From positions 4,526,001-4,590,000 of the forward strand of contig JAYWIR010000011.1 of NCBI GenBank assembly GCA_036172245.1: a stretch of 64,000 nt of DNA. Reading direction: 5' to 3'. Positions 12,840 to 26,900 of the stretch are shown here, in pieces. The translations under genes and the position numbers were made by a program. Within the stretch, counting starts at the first letter, position 1. Each line of letters opens with the position of its first letter. Origin of the DNA: Raillietiella orientalis. Lineage: Eukaryota. The notes under the pieces are model-generated. The model saw nothing but the letters and a program-made list of their open reading frames with translations. It was not told where the DNA came from and did not search any database.

Positions 12840-13180
12840 TACTTCCGCCAGGATCGCTGCCTTGCGACCAGAAGTGCAAGGATGCTGTGTAACCGAATCG
12901 GCCGCTGACACTCCGAGATGAGACTTGTGCCGCCAACCCGTTAGTCTTTCGTTCTGGGGAGCTTCACAGGTATTGCAACCCTGGATTTGTTTGGAATTTA
13001 TCCTCGTCGTCGAGAACTGCCTACCTCTCGCCTCGTTTTCTGCGCGATTCCGACTCCCCGCTCCCGACAACCAGTCACTTTTTTCGGAGCTGCTGCTGAC
13101 CTCCCACCTCGCTCTCCGAAAGTGCTTTCAACGCCTTTATGGCGACTACACCAGAGGCTCCTTCCTCCCGAGAACCGTTC
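12840..13180 (-). mobile_element. Possible decayed LINE APE-endonuclease fragment
   Basis: Broken minus-strand frames give RERGVGIA and NTCEAPQNE, reminiscent of the APE GVGI and NVYAPN motifs. Heavily degenerate. Confidence 0.3.
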
Positions 13181-13199
13181 CCCTCCCCCCCCTTCCAGT

Positions 13200-13912
13200 T
13201 GGGGTCGTTCACGAAGCTCTTTAACACCGTCCATGCCTGCCAAGGTTCCGTGTGATGTCAATCAGGGGGAGCACCTTATGAATCCAGGAAGGGCTTTGGA
13301 GGAAAGGATCCGTTCCCCTGATGCTTGGGAGGAACCACCAAGGGAACCTCCTCCTTACTTTCTCCAGAGGGACTCCCAGGGTGGGTTGACTCCTCATTTC
13401 TTTTCCGGAGAGAACTTGGTAAGGGTTCGCTCCTGAAATTTCTTCTCCGAAGAGGAACCTCAAGGGAACTGCTCCTGATTTCCTCCTCCTCTGAAGAGAA
13501 AACGCCGAAGCGACGCTTCCCGATTTCTCTGGAGGGCATTCCCCGGAGGGAGCAGCGTGCTTCTTCACTTTCTGGAAAGGCAAGCCCCCAAGGGGGTAAC
13601 AACAAGCTCCACGGCATGCGAAAAAGGGTTCTTGATCCTTGATTGCTGGAGGGAGCTTGAATGGTCCACTTCCAATCCGGCCACTCAACGGGGACATACC
13701 GAGAATTTCGGGCTTCCACAGGTGTCGCACCCGAAGCCAACCGAGGCCACCCAGCGCTGTCCTGCAGGTTGGACTCGGAATCTACGGAGCCCACCCCTCT
13801 TCCTCCCTACCCCGTTCCCATTCCTCGGAGCCGATCCTTCCCCCGGTGGGATTCGAACCTAGGAGGCTCGGTGCAGCGCGAGCGGAGACCGCAGACTCAC
13901 GGCCGACAACAC
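13200..13912 (-). mobile_element. tRNA-derived SINE-like element (same family)
   Basis: Minus-strand B-box GGTTCGAATCCC near 13850-13860. Body homologous to 7960-8650, including four ~40-bp AGGAG...TTCC(C)TYCGGAGAA subrepeats. Confidence 0.8.
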
Positions 13913-14559
13913 GTTGTTATATGGTTTGAGCATCTGCCTCGCGTTGCCTGGCAGTGACTGACACCAGTCGCCGCCCCAGGATATCATGTCGAACCCATAG
14001 AACTCTCGATAGAAATTAACGGTGATTTCTTGCGGTTTTGAATTGCACAGCGTGGACGATGCCGGAACCAGCCATGCTCACTTCGTCCACGATGGTGTCT
14101 TGAACGTTGAAGAAGACTTTGAGGGAGAAGACATTTCTGGCGGTGGAGCGCCGCCATACATTCTAGACAGTCCAATTCAACCCTTTGGGTGAGGAGCTTA
14201 TCAGATTGAAAGGTTCGGCGTCGACGGCAAGCGAGTCGCTGTGGTGACCTCCGTGGACGGACTGCCCTTTCGCGTACCGCGTGCTCCTCCATCGAGGAGG
14301 TACCAACTGACTATATGAAGTGCTGGTCAAAGTTACCATTATAATTGCTTAATTACCCCACAAACATCTTCATTCTTCCCGAAAGTATAGTTTCGATTTA
14401 AAAATTATGAAACGGGGAGCAGTTAGCAGGTGGGAGTAGAATTTTGTTTACATCGCCGTTGCCAAGGGAATGATGACAACGCGAGTGCATGCATCCGTTT
14501 CGAACATTGACAGTGTCAACTCATGTCACGTGAACAAGAAGATAAAAACATTCATCAGA

Positions 14560-15130
14560 CGCATCCATGGCACTCAAAGGATTAACTGCAAGAGGATTGA
14601 CCATCGAACCGTTGATGCGTTCCGAACTGGGTCGCCAGTGTGGCTAAAGCGATGGTCCCTTTCTACAGTGATCTTTCACGTGGGTGTTTCACCGCAACAG
14701 GCTGGACCGGTGAAGAACATGTGAGGCGCTTCCGTATTCCGTCGATCTGTTATCCGCTCCATCACCTCCGAGACGAGTTCTCTCCGTTTTCTGCCCGTTA
14801 TTCAAACACGCTTCCGGTACACTCTCTCTCGAACGGCAGCCGAAAGAGATCCTGCAGATGTCGATCCGACGCTATGGTCATTCTGCTGCCAGTTTACGAG
14901 GCTTCTCCAGCTGCTCTGCTCCGAACCTACTCTTCCTTTCTTCGCTCGTGCATCTTGTTTCGACCGTCTCGATGCACGGTTTTCTACCGTCTCCAATGTC
15001 TCCTCAATATCTGTGCTCGGCTCGCATCCCTTTCTACAATTCGGGATGCTCTCTTTCGCTCTCCTCGTACGTTCCACAGAAACTCATTCGAATCCAAAAC
15101 ATCGACCACCTCATGTTCGAACGGCCAGTA
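14560..15130 (+). mobile_element. Decayed I/Jockey/CR1-like LINE, C-terminal RT region
   Basis: WLKRWSLS and ALLRTYSSFLRSCILF...RLQCLLNICARLA resemble the post-RT motifs WxxxWxL and LLxLYKSLIRPxLEY...LQxIQNxAxRxA. Frameshifted. Confidence 0.55.
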
Positions 15131-15924
15131 AAGTAAAGCCGTTTCTCTTTTGCATTCAGCAAAGCTCAGACATTTCACTGTCGGATGATCTTCATCTGTT
15201 TTCAAATCTTGCGATGGCTCCCGACGATGCTACATGTCGCGACAACGCCCGCTTGACGGGACGAACGTCCAGCCTGCCTTCCTTTCGGAAAACCCTCCTA
15301 CTTCCCGCATGACGTTTTCATTCCATGTCGGTTGAATCGTCACCCGTCTTCTCTTCGGTCATTCTTTTCTCACTTTTCCCGTTCGCCTGCCTTCCGCGTG
15401 GCCAAGTTGCCGGGATGCAAGCAGCTTCTCTACTCTTTCCGGACACTGGTCGTCAGAGCAGATACCAGACAGCCTCTTGGGCACTCATCACCAGGCTGTT
15501 TGACATTTTAGTGCTTACTCGATTCCAAAAGATGAGTACAGTGTTGATCAGAAAACTCCTCTTGCAATTCGATCAACTCTCTATGAACACGACTTATGCC
15601 TCGGTTGCCAAAGGGCTCAACCACGCGTGCTGCGAGCGGATGTACTTTCGAAATGAACTGCAAATCCATGTTAGAGTTCAATAGTGAAGCCATCCATGGA
15701 TCATCCATGTAGTAGTCTAGAGTCGTTCCATGGCTCTCTCCATCAGAACTGTAGGTCTAGTCAGTTCGTTTTGTCTAAATACGTTTTCATGGAGATGTTA
15801 GCTTCTCCAGGAAATTAATAGAGTGGCTCGTAATGCCCTGCTTCCAAATCTTTCTCAAGCTATTTTTGCTTAAAATTCGTCCTGTCCGAATTCATCGGTA
15901 TTGAAATTTTCTTTCCATTCATAG

Positions 15925-17300
15925 GTCAGCGTGGGACATCAAACCTGCATCCACCGACTCGCGCATCTTCCAGTCGCCAAGGAGTTTGGTTCTTCCCGCA
16001 GTGGTGCAGGAAAATTCCCACCTCGCCGGTCGGCTACCGTAGTCGCTTTCCCTGGGGGCAGACTGCGCTCCTGCAAGAGGTGCGGCGACCAGAGATGAAG
16101 TCGATGGAGTGAGCGACCCGGCCCACCGATGCTCGGCACGGTGGACGACCAGCGAGTCGGTGATTTTCCTCCCTTCCCTCCCCCTCGAAATTTTTTTCGT
16201 GGACTCACTGATCCACATTGCTTGCCTGCTTGTTTCCCTTTTGGGAGGGGTACACAAACACCCAGGCGTCACCGGGGGACAGTGGTGCCAGTGAGAGGCG
16301 CACAGGAGGCTCCAATGCAACATCAGCAGCAACCTGCCACTCCAGGGGGCAGTACAGGAAAGAAGCTGTCTATCCAAACTGCGGTGATTTCGATGTCTTT
16401 CAAGGGGACTTCGAGGAGATCCGCCCAGCGGAGTTCTTTGGGGGGGGGGGGGGGGGGGGGAAAGCATGGGTAGGAGAGCCAGCTGGCTGACTCGCCGTCC
16501 AGCATCCCAATGAACATATTTCTCCCTGCTGCTTGGCAGCCTTCCATATTGTTGATTGGCCACTGTCGTTGTTCTTTCGTAGGGAGGACAGCGCTGCGGC
16601 AAGTGGGGCACCTCGTCCCCACACGTGTGCTTCGTGGACCTTCCTCTTGTCTTCTGCGACGAGCGGAGATGTGGAGAACCGCTGGCACTGCGGCTGCCCA
16701 GGCTCGCGCCGCTGATTTTCGACGGCGTCTGAACTGCTCCCTGTTTCCAGGCCCCACAGTTCGTGGGCGAGCAGGAAATCCAGGCGTTGCTGCTTTGCAC
16801 CAAGGCAACCATCTGTCGAAGCTACTACCGCATCGGGGCCAACTTTGGTGGCTGCCAGTCCCTGGAGGGTCCAGCACTTGGCCGCTAGGGCCAGTCTTGG
16901 AAGTCGGAGCTGCTATTCCATTTTGCTCCAGCGTCAAGAGGGCAAGTCCATCATCTTCACGAAGAGGAGGAGCGAAATCTTTCAAAGCCAACACGGGACC
17001 TCCCTCTGCCCCAGGGGACTTCGCGTAGGAGCTCTTCGTTCGCTTCTCGACATCATCGAAGGAGGAAAGAACAAGCAGGTGACGGAGGGAGGAAACCCAC
17101 GAACGTGTTCTACATCGCGGCCCTTCCCGGCAAGGAAAAGTTGTCATCTGGGAAAACAGGCTGCCTTCTGAAGGCAGCTGGACCACACTTCTGAGATGCA
17201 GCAGTTTCGCTGCATCCCTCTTGCGTGCTCGGTGCTTCTCAGGGCCTGACGCTGCTTGAGCTGTGGTCCGCGAGCGCGCATCTCTGGAGAGCTCGTGTGC
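15925..17300 (-). mobile_element. Decayed L1/Tx1-like LINE fragments (two tandem post-RT pieces)
   Basis: Peptides NAWISCSPTNCGAWKQ, LRWADLLEVP, LLLMLHW and RPARWEFSCTTAGRTK match the ORFs at 59691-61637 and 61887-63407. Confidence 0.85.
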
Positions 17301-18149
17301 GTGGCTCCATAGCTAATGCTTGTCTTCTAAAAAAACTGTTTGCAGTCTCAAACCACCGAGGGGAAAAATACCCCCCCCCCCATGGCAGGAAGGAGACGAG
17401 CGCGATTCCCCTAGCACCTGCAGCCTCACCTTCGTCCAACATTAAGACCAATGCTATCTGAATTCTTCTGGTAAACAGCCACTGACCTCTTTTTCAGGGT
17501 ACTGAATATTCTTGGAAGCGATAAGTGAATCAATCCCCCGATGAGACAATTCAGTTGCCAAGTCATCATCGCAAAGAAGAAAAAAAAAAGCATATCAATC
17601 CCATGATGCATTTTCCATGAATTTTATGCATACTTATGGAAAAGTGCAAGTAATATCACCACAGCATCGTGTATCGCGTTTTGATAATTGCGATAGAGGT
17701 TTTTTTCTATATATTTTCACTTGCTTTTGCAATATTATAGAATTTTAGGATGCCAAGCAAGCATTTCTATTCTAAGCATCCATCAATAAAAATGTGCACC
17801 ATCTTTGAGAGATATTAAGAATTTGCTTCATTAAACAAAGCGCATTTTCAATTCCTCTCAAAGATGGTGCCATAAACATTAGATTTTATGTCAGGTGCCA
17901 CGTATACATATTTAATTAAATAGTGGTCAACTAATTGAATGGACTTACATTACAAATATAAGTTAGCAACTGTTTTCGTCAGGAATAAATATCGGCATAA
18001 TTTCACGCCCGCAACTTCAGAGCCATAAAAATAAAATGAAAGAAAAATTCAATTACGGTTCCAGTCTTGATTTCGTTCATGGAACATCCGAGCTTCAGCT
18101 TCACTTCTATTTTCTGGGAACAAGTTCGGTACAAGTTTTGGATGTTTGA

Positions 18150-18770
18150 AAGCCCACGTCGGGGTCAAGCAGCCAAGGCCTCTCCGTCCGTGGTATCAAG
18201 TGTCGCGCGTTCGAATACCTCGGGAAGAGTGGACATCGGGCGTCCTTGTCCCCCCCCTCCCCCGAGTTTCCTCCCGGAGGATGACGCTAGTCGGCCCGCA
18301 GGCACCCGTTCCGGTGCGGCACCGGCAGCACTTCAAAGAGGTTACCTCCCCCCTCCCCCCCTTCCCTTCCCGGCGAGTGGCCGGGATTGGGAGTCGACTG
18401 CCGGGTCGAAACGAATGAAATATAACGGAAGTCCCGGAGGATGCCGGGAAAAAAATGGGTGGAGCGACCAGAGGAAAAAAAAAACAGTCCCTTTTCCTCC
18501 TTTCCCATCCTCGAGGCGGCTCCTCGCGTGGAAGGACGCGGAAAGAGACGCGTGTCGGCAAGAGAAACTTGCCATCCCGGGACGGACCGATCGTCGACTC
18601 TGCCTTCCAAAGGCAGCTGGACCCACGCCTCCTCCGGAGGCTTCGGAACGTATTACAAGTTTTGGATTTCTTAAGCAGCTCCGTCTGCGGTCAGCAGTTC
18701 TGCGGATGAACTCTGGAAAACCAGAAATGAGAAACGAAAGCCCCTCCCCACGAGTGAGGACCTCCTCAAC
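18150..18770 (-). mobile_element. Decayed L1/Tx1-like LINE fragment
   Basis: Minus-strand SCLWKAESTIGPSRDGKF corresponds to GRLQKVESAIGPFLEGKL in ORF 61887-63407. Confidence 0.65.
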
Positions 18771-19084
18771 GCACGGACCAGAGAGATGCGTGCGATTGCA
18801 AACTGTGCAACGAACCCATATTTGTCTTTTGCGGGTTTGCTGTTACCTGCCAATCGAAAAACCAGAGGCCGAGATTATAAATGCAAAACAACCCCGAGCG
18901 CAAAACTTCTATTAAATGCATTTCCCGGAGGGTTCCCTGTTCTTCCTGCTCCGACCACTTTCTCCCGGAACCTTGCGCCCTTTTGCCACACTCGATGCGG
19001 CTACCAGGGTCCGAAGCGTCGGAACGACATCCTGCCCACATTCCTCGTGGAGAATCAGTGCTTGCCATCTATGCGGTCGCCTCT

Positions 19085-19525
19085 GGGGGTCCTCGAAAGA
19101 GACCGGAATCTAAAATGGGCCTCTATTCTTGGGATCCTCTATTAGGAATACCTTCTCCGGAGGAATCCCCCGGAAAGAGGCCGCTCCACGAAGGGGACGG
19201 CACGGTGGTCTGCATTCTCTGGAGAGGTGGCGACACATGTACTCCATTAGTACGATGCGGAGGATCCTTCCTCGAAGGGGGGAGTCCGCTCTTTTGCACA
19301 ACCGGAAGTCGTCTCCCAACCCCGACCACTCATCGGGGACATCCGGTTTGAGCCGCTACCGGTGCCGCACCCGAATGAATGGAGGGTCAACCAGCGTCAT
19401 CTCGTGGGAGGAACTCGAACCCACGACGCACCCCCATCTCTCTCGGCGTCGATTCTTTCCGAGTATTCGAACCCTCGCGACGCTTGGCGGTGCCACGCGC
19501 GGAGACCGTGACCGCACGGGCTTCT
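19085..19525 (-). mobile_element. tRNA-derived SINE-like element (same family), 3'-incomplete
   Basis: Minus strand reads GCGTCGCGAGGGTTCGAATACTCGGAAAGAATCGACGCCGAGAGAGATGGGGGTGCGTCGTGGGTTCGAGTTCCTCC, nearly identical to 34788-34860. Confidence 0.85.
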
Positions 19526-19619
19526 TTGCTCGGTCAGGTACTTGTTCCTCCTCCTCCTCTTATGATGGATCGGATTCGTTGGAGAGGTGAAGCTGTGATC
19601 CTCTTGGTGTGCCGGCGAT

Positions 19620-20830
19620 GATGATGAGGACTGCAGTGAGCATGGCCGGTTACCGCCCAAGGGCCCAGCTGCAACCACCAGGCGTGAGATCCGCGTGCAT
19701 TTTGATCGCTTTCACTCCCCTTTCCAGCTTCAACAGATGGTTACCTTGGATCAGGACCACGTTTGGATCTCCTGCTCGCCCACGGATCGCGGTGCCTGGA
19801 AACAGGAAGCAGCTCCAGATGTGGGGCGCACATCGTCGGCGCGAGCCAAGGGCATCCGCGATCCTCCAATTACGCCCGCTGCTCATTGCAGGAGATGGTT
19901 GGAAACCCCCGTAAGAACGGAGTGGGCCGAAGGGACCCCACTCGTAGCAGCACTGTCCTTCCTTAGGGAGAACGGCGACAGTGACCAACTGGTAAGTTGG
20001 GAGTCGCCCTCTCAGGGAAAAAAAAAAAAATGTTAGGAATGTTGTAAAACAAGTCAGCTGGCCGACGCTTCCATCCCCGCAGTCTACCTCAATGAACTTC
20101 TCTCTGACTCTTCGAAATTCTTTTGGAAGACGTGAAGATCCCCGCAGCGTTTCTGGACCTCTCCATGCTCCTCCCGAGGTGGCAGGACTCGGAAACGCAA
20201 CCGTTGCATTGGCCGGACTGCGCCAGGTGCTGATGAAAGGGAAACCTTCTCTCGCCTACTGACCGGATGTGTCGCCCTTCGGAATGCTGGGGAACATCTT
20301 GCAGCAGCCCTCCAACCTCCAAGAGACAGCGGCATGCCGAGACGCCTCTTCACGCGTGGAGCAATGTCGCCCGCGGCTGCGACCGCAGCTTTGTGCTGTT
20401 TCCGTGGAGGCCCTGGCAGTAAGAAGCCATAGCGAGAGAGACCCAACGTCAGGACACGCTATCCCGTTCGTGATCTCATTTTTGAGGATGACCATCAGAT
20501 GGCCGCACCCCACAAGGCATCAGGAGAGACTTGCTGGCATCCTGGAAAGGATGCTGAGGACTCCAGGGAGGTTTCTGCGATCTCTTCCCTTGCCTTCCAA
20601 ACGTTTTGAAGCTTTTTCTTGTTACTTATTTATTATTTGTGTGTCTACCTCCCCCATCTTTTACTTCGCGGACCTCGACGGGCAGGCTGATCGCGAGCAG
20701 CAAATTCTCACGCACTTTGACCGCCACGTGGGCAAAAAGTGTGGGAGGATTTTCTTTTCTCATACTGACTGTTTCTTGTAGGCATGTCTTTTTTCACAAC
20801 AGACGCCTCGACGAACCCGGGAGAAAACTC
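19620..20830 (+). mobile_element. Decayed 3' portion of an L1/Tx1-like LINE including the 3' UTR
   Basis: RDPTSGH...FLRMTIRWPHPTRHQERLAGILERML matches the C-terminus of ORF 61887-63407. A T-rich UTR follows, then a decayed terminal motif AACAGACGCCTCGACGAACCCGGGAGAAAA. Confidence 0.85.
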
Positions 20831-23800
20831 CCCTTTTCAGAGTGTACACCAGGGCAGTGGCAAAGATGACATTGCGATTGGAGATTGGGGGATGGGTCCA
20901 TCGCCAGGATTTTTTTTTACCTTTTGGATCTTATGACGTCATTCTCACTGCCCGGCTGCGAGGTACAGTACGATCCAGCCAGCCAAAACTTTCCAAAACT
21001 TTTTTTTTTTCCCCCACTATACTTCCACTCGCTCATCTCGATCCGTTGCCTCAACAACTATCTCAGCACAATCTTCGGGCCTTGCGCCCACTAACTTGTG
21101 CCCCTCACGAGCGTCTCTCCAGTTGGACCGTGCGTTCCTAAACTCCAGGGGAGGTTGGGTCAGAACTGTGTTCCGCCCATGAGGGTTCGCGAAAGGAAGC
21201 CAAAAATGTGTGCTTCCCTGCGCTACCGTTTGTCTTCGCGTTTCCCGAGCGGCCTTTCCGTAAATCCGTGCTGTGGAGCACCTTTAAAGGTGCAAGATGC
21301 AAAGTGGACTCCCCAGCATGGGCGGACACGGCTTGATCGATTCGCGTGGTCGCAGCGCTGTTGCGATATAACTCTTGACGCCATTGTCCTTCGCAACTAG
21401 GGGTGCCAGAAAACCACGGCATCGTACGGCCGACCACCAGATTTCGGGGTCTCTGGGAATCAGAACAGGCGCACGATAGTGTCTTTCAATAGAAGGCGCA
21501 GGGAAGACGTGAGTCGGATGCACCGTTTGGTCCATTAGCTAAGGAGTCTGGTACAAAGACAGCCAGTGTCCGAACGAGCAGTTTTCTCGGTACCCCGAGA
21601 GCGCAAACCTTTCTCCAGGAATGCAGACCGGGAACACTTCGAGAATCCTAGTAAGGTTTCCCACAACCCAGTCGGCTGAAGACCGATTGGAGCGTTTCCG
21701 GTGAATAACCAGCATGGTTACTGAGCGGACACGCGCCCCCTGCTGGTGGTCCTTCTGCCGTTTGAGTTTCACCGGAAATCCTTCCGTCACGCTCTCTGGC
21801 CTTGTCAGCAACTGGCTGCAAATCCTCCGCAGCACCAGCACGTTCCAAGGTCCGATCCATTTTGTCTCCGTAATGCGAAGTGCAATAACAGCTACTCACG
21901 TGGACTTGTCGCCAGGTCCAGGCCGGGAACCAGATTGGGCGCCAGATCGCGAGTCTGGCGTCGTGGCTGTGCAAGACTTGCCGCGTCTCTGGCGTTTCTG
22001 GCTCGCAGAGCGAGCGGGCAAAAGGAAAAAGAGAAAAAAGGATGACCAGTCGGGATGATAGTCGAGATCACGGAAACAAGAAAGCGCCGGAATGGGCTGA
22101 TCCGTTCCGGAAACGGTGGTCCCGTGTCTCGGCAACTGTGGTATAGGAAACGCGGAACGCAAACAAGAGGCGATAAGGCAGAATGCCGTTTTCAGAGGCA
22201 CCTAAACTTGCAGCTCATAAAGTCGGAAGGCAGAACGTTCTAGAGCAGCGAGGCGGCACTTTTGTCGCAAAGGGCCGCATGTGGCCCGAAGGTCGGCACA
22301 CTTCGTTAGCACGAACCGTGCGCATGCTGACGTCATCCTCATTAGCAGATCCCGATAACGGCTTTGGAGTTTCCCACATCAGCTTGTCTTCTAGAAGATG
22401 GACCAGGTCTTTAGCGAGAGCTCTTGCCCCGATGGCTGCCTGTGCAGACGGAAGTGGCGTCCGGGAAAAACGCCGGAGTGCCGGAACGCCTCGTTAGAAT
22501 GCTTTGCGCCCTCCTCACTAAATCCTTCCAAGACGACGCCCAGATAGGACGATTACTCGTGGGTCCCGCTGATGGGGAGATACTCCAGAGAGATTTGTTC
22601 TTTTGGACTGATCGTCCTCGAAAACTGAAATAAATGGAACACACGGTATCGCGGGCATGCATTCAATGACCTACAAATATATCCGTAGGTGAGTGTTCAC
22701 TTGTACTTGTCTGATTAATTAGAAAAAAAAAAAAAAACGGTTCGAATTCTTTTTTCATCAAGTGATGCTTCCGATAAACAGAGGACTTGAGAGATTGTAC
22801 GGTGCAGTACTGCACTGCAGTGAACTCTCGTACTGTTGCTAAAAGATTATTGGTACAATTACACATATTGTACTGAAAATTCTGCATCACAAATACGGCA
22901 GTGAGAATACTGTATTAATGTACCCAGGACTCAACTCACCTCAACGTGTATAAGGTTTGGAATGTAGATTGGTTTCCAAAGGAGAGAGAAAGAGAATAAA
23001 AATGCAATCCATTTACCCCCTGAGGCTGCTTTTCGATTATTTTCTTCATCCGCCTTCATCGCTGCAGTGATGAAGGGACTCTCAACCTAAGAGTCGGCAT
23101 TTTATGTACCGCAAACCTGGTATTTCCATGCAAGCGTCAGTACCCCTAATAAGGAAGACATCCCCACCCTCCCAGCTGGCAACTGCCATCGCCTCCCCGA
23201 TAGAAGTGCTGCCAACTCACACGGTGGTTTTGCCTTTTTCCTGAAGGACGGGATACACAGGCAGTCTTCGACGTGGGGGAAAAGGGAAAGTTCCGGAACC
23301 GTGAGATGGAATTCAGAACCAATCTGTAGATGAATGAGGCAAATAGCACCCCATCCTGCTATTTAGAGTTCATGGCATTCAACCAGTGGTAGTTGTTCCT
23401 ATTTTTGTCCCAAAGGTCATGTCCTGTTCGACACATACGGAAGGCAACTTGGCATAATTGAGGTTGGCTTTCAGTAAGCCTCACTGAGAGAGGAAGTACT
23501 TATGGATGCCTCGAAGTACTGATCTTCACGCCCTTATCTGTGCTTCTGTGAACGGTGAATTTCCCATTCTTCCCTCGAGAAGCAGCATCTTCATGGAGCA
23601 GTTCAAGGAAAGTTGGAACTTCGGGGGATCGATCCTCGTGACTCGCACCGCCGACGCTGAAGCATTCGCGAATGGTAGACGGCATCTCCGGTGCAACGAC
23701 CGGAGTTGTCAGGTTTGGTCTCGAAGTCAGCAGGTCAGTCCGTCTGCGGAGAGCCCCGTGCCTTACCCAGGAATCTACTTGCAGGAAGAGAGAGAGAGAG

Positions 23801-26139
23801 AGAAAGGCAACTCGCTAAGCACATGTTATGGAGTAGAGCGAGTGGGGGCTCGTGGGTAGATACGGCAAAACCAAGTCCTTTTGTGCGTGGGCGCCAGCTG
23901 GCCCTCAAGCACTTCAGGACGAACTTGTTCTTCGATTGCCTGGACACGACCATCAGAAGTTCGCGCGTCGTGACCTGCTGATGGTCACGTCTTCCTCGCT
24001 TGACGGCGGCGGCCCGTGACGAGCTCACGGGGTTACTGACGTGCCTCTAAGAGACCCTGCAGCAGCGCTGCAAATGTACTGTCAGTGGAATACCCATGTG
24101 GGATCACCTACATCCGGACCTATCAGGGATGCATTTAGCTAACAGGATCCAATGCAGAGGGGATGGGTCCTTCTCGATGGGTTCCAACCTTTTTCGAAAA
24201 GCTTTCTTCTTCTCTAAGGAGCATCGACCACTTTTGCTGCTCCTTCTCTCGTTGTGGCTCCCATATCGAGAAGGTTTTGCACAGACCGTGAACCTTTTCT
24301 GATGCCGTGATGACAAAAAGAATCATTTTATTTACATACTCATGTCGAAACTGCTGTCTTGCGGAAACATCTTCGCTGGTGCATATCCAAGAGGTCATCA
24401 AATGTTTTTCCCACACAATCCCTAAAATCCACGTTTTTTTTTCTTTTTTTCTTTTTTGTTGCTATTGCGACCGCAAAATTTTTGCTATGATCCGATCGGC
24501 TTTCTCATCGATTTGCGTTAATTTTTAATGACTAGCTCTACCTCGGGTTGTCATAGCTCTGCGAACACTCAATACAAGCAACCATGCCCTAAAGGAGTCA
24601 TCATTCTCAGATGATGGTGAGTCGCACACACTTTTTTGACACCTTATTTCCGTTGGGTGTTCGCTGCTTTCAGTGCTGTAATAGTGTTTGCTTATTTCGC
24701 AAGGTGCCTCGTGGTTGACGTGTCGCTCTCCCATTTGTTTTCATGTTGCAATTTGCGAAGATGACACGGATTTCCTAGAATCCGTAGGCCGTAGGTGAGA
24801 GGATCGGTTCATCGCGTGGCTGCCAATTTCGCCCGCCTGAAACGCAAACTAAGGAGTTCGAAATTGGCACGCGAAACAACGCGTGGAATCGAACAGTTCG
24901 TGGAAATCCTTTCCAACTTACGTTTGCCGTTCGCATGGAACACTTTTCCTTCGAACGCAGTGCTGCCAAGTGCAACCGTCTGTAGATGCGCGTCGGTTCC
25001 GTTCCTTGCACGCCACGATGGCCGACCCTACTCGTGCTGCAGCTACAAGAAATGGTGCACCAGGACGCAGCAGAGTTCGCATCACGAATTGCGCGCATCC
25101 ATCGGTTCTGGTGGCCCGAGGTTCGATCCCGATTCGGACGGCAATCCCGGATTCAATCGATAAGAAAATATCGGAAATCTTGCTTGTCAAAAATGAAAAT
25201 GCAGTGGGGTCTCGTCTTGAAGACAAGGGGAAGCAACTTCCGACGGCATCGGGTGGTCATCATGTCGCTTTACAAACTATTATTGCTTTTCTGTCCGCAA
25301 GTTTGCGACCTCCGGAAGTGTTCTGACCTGCGGAGACTGGACGGGAGTTCCTGCGCTAGAGATGTGGCTTTTGGAAACAGCGTCTCGTTTGCTGATGTCC
25401 ATGCTTTCGCGTTTCTTGGATCCTTTCGAAGCTCCAGGGTGAGAGCCCACGGCATCCTGGCGTGCGACACCTTGGGTCAGTTGTTGTGCCTCATCACGAG
25501 GCCCACTGTCTCGATGTCGGCTCGCCTCCGGCTACACGTAGAGCGCATTTCCCGTGAAGGAACACGCGCAGCGAAGTCACCGTGGATGCCCCGGAAACAT
25601 CTGGCACATCTCGCTTCCCCTTCCTAAATTTGTATTGCCTTCTAGAGTGAGGGAGTCCAGCATCCCTGAATCTTGGATTGAGTTTTCCACGCTATCATTT
25701 TTCCTATACAGCGTCTCTCCTCACGTGGTTCCTCTAATAAAACGGGGCATCTACCAAGCAGGGATGCCCTGATGCTCTGAATATCCGCAAGAACCCGAGA
25801 TTCCTCCAAGTTGTCCTACTAGACTCTCCTTTTCAGATAAGGCACGATTGTGTGCTCTGGACGTACCAGGAGTATCTAAGTGTGCGTGTTAGCATGACAC
25901 ATGATTTCTCCAAAAAAATGCACTCTTCCTTTTCATACTTTAAGAATCCGAGGCTAGTGATCCCTCAGCTCTACTGAAATCCGATAATAAGATAGATAAA
26001 GCTGTTGCTTTTGCATCCTACAAGACCTCAGAACGCCGTGTTAGCGACAAGGATGAGAATTTCACCTACCTGAGGATTTTCGGGTGCACAGAATGCAACT
26101 GGTTCCATTTCTTTCGGAGGGGGGAGCTGAAGAGCCGTC

Positions 26140-26900
26140 ATTCCGTTCGCGGCGCGGTGATGGTTTGGCGTCTCCAACGCTCGTGTTCCAGGATTTCCCT
26201 ATTTCCGAAGGTTCGCTCCCCATCTTTCGCTGCACGCGGCGTTAAGAAAACGGGATGGTTGGGAGATTTGCGACTCCTCAGTCCCGTATTATCGTATCTT
26301 CGAAGATTTCCCGTCACCTTCTTCCTTTTTGCCGTTTCTTTACCGAAACGATCGAAGCTCGAAGCCCTGGCCTGCGCCGCGCCGCCTTCTGGCAACAAAA
26401 GACCCAATTAGCTTGTCTTCACCGCCGCAAGCGTGGGTAGGGAATCCGGCCTCGCGGGCTTGATCCCAGGGTGTCCTGGACGCCCAAAAGTAAGGAATCA
26501 ATAAATAAAAATAATAAACAACGAATAAATAACTAATAGTAAATACGTGACTGATGAGGAGACGCAAGGATGAGCTCGATCCAGCCCTGACACTTGAGAG
26601 TTCTGGAGCGGTGTCGGCGGATGCTTCCCCGTCCGCTGCCATGCGGCGACGCCACTTGCTGGCCCCCCGCACCATGGCAGTGGCCAGAAGAGTAGCCTTC
26701 TTGTCTTGGCGTGTTTCTTTCTCCACCCTCGACACTGCAACATCCGCGAACGCAGCGCAGGACCGGGCGTGGATTTCCTGTGCTGCCGATCGGAAACACC
26801 TTCGAATGCCGCCGCCGGCAGGCTTGCTCGGAAGTCCAGTCCGAACCACGGGTCTTCCGAAAAGCTGGTTCTTCCTATTGGACCTGAAGTCCAGCAGAGA
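26140..26900. mobile_element. Two small decayed L1/Tx1-like fragments (26140-26490 minus; 26640-26900 plus)
   Basis: Minus-strand GNLRRYDNT resembles GLLRRYYSS of the EN-RT linker. Plus-strand DRAWISC resembles NAWISC. Confidence 0.45.

Noticed and set aside
13845..13912. Functional tRNA gene suggested by GGTTCGAATCCC
   Set aside because: No complete cloverleaf or oligo-T terminator, and it continues into the SINE body shared with other copies.
16440..16460. Run of about 21 G as a functional G-quadruplex
   Set aside because: It sits in a decayed LINE frame and is more simply a homopolymer expansion or sequencing artefact.
20228..20250. Hammerhead-like CTGATGA-AAGG-GAAA-CCTT
   Set aside because: The GAAA is the loop of the stem rather than following it, there is no cleavage-site helix, and it lies inside decayed LINE coding sequence.
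25090..25140. Isolated B-box-like GGTTCGATCCC
   Set aside because: No clear A-box, cloverleaf or SINE body adjacent.
22340..25630. Candidate 5' HECTD2 exons (about 22448-22560, 23900-23990, 25381-25550)
   Set aside because: Similarity is weak and by eye only, and I could not build a phase-consistent splice chain.
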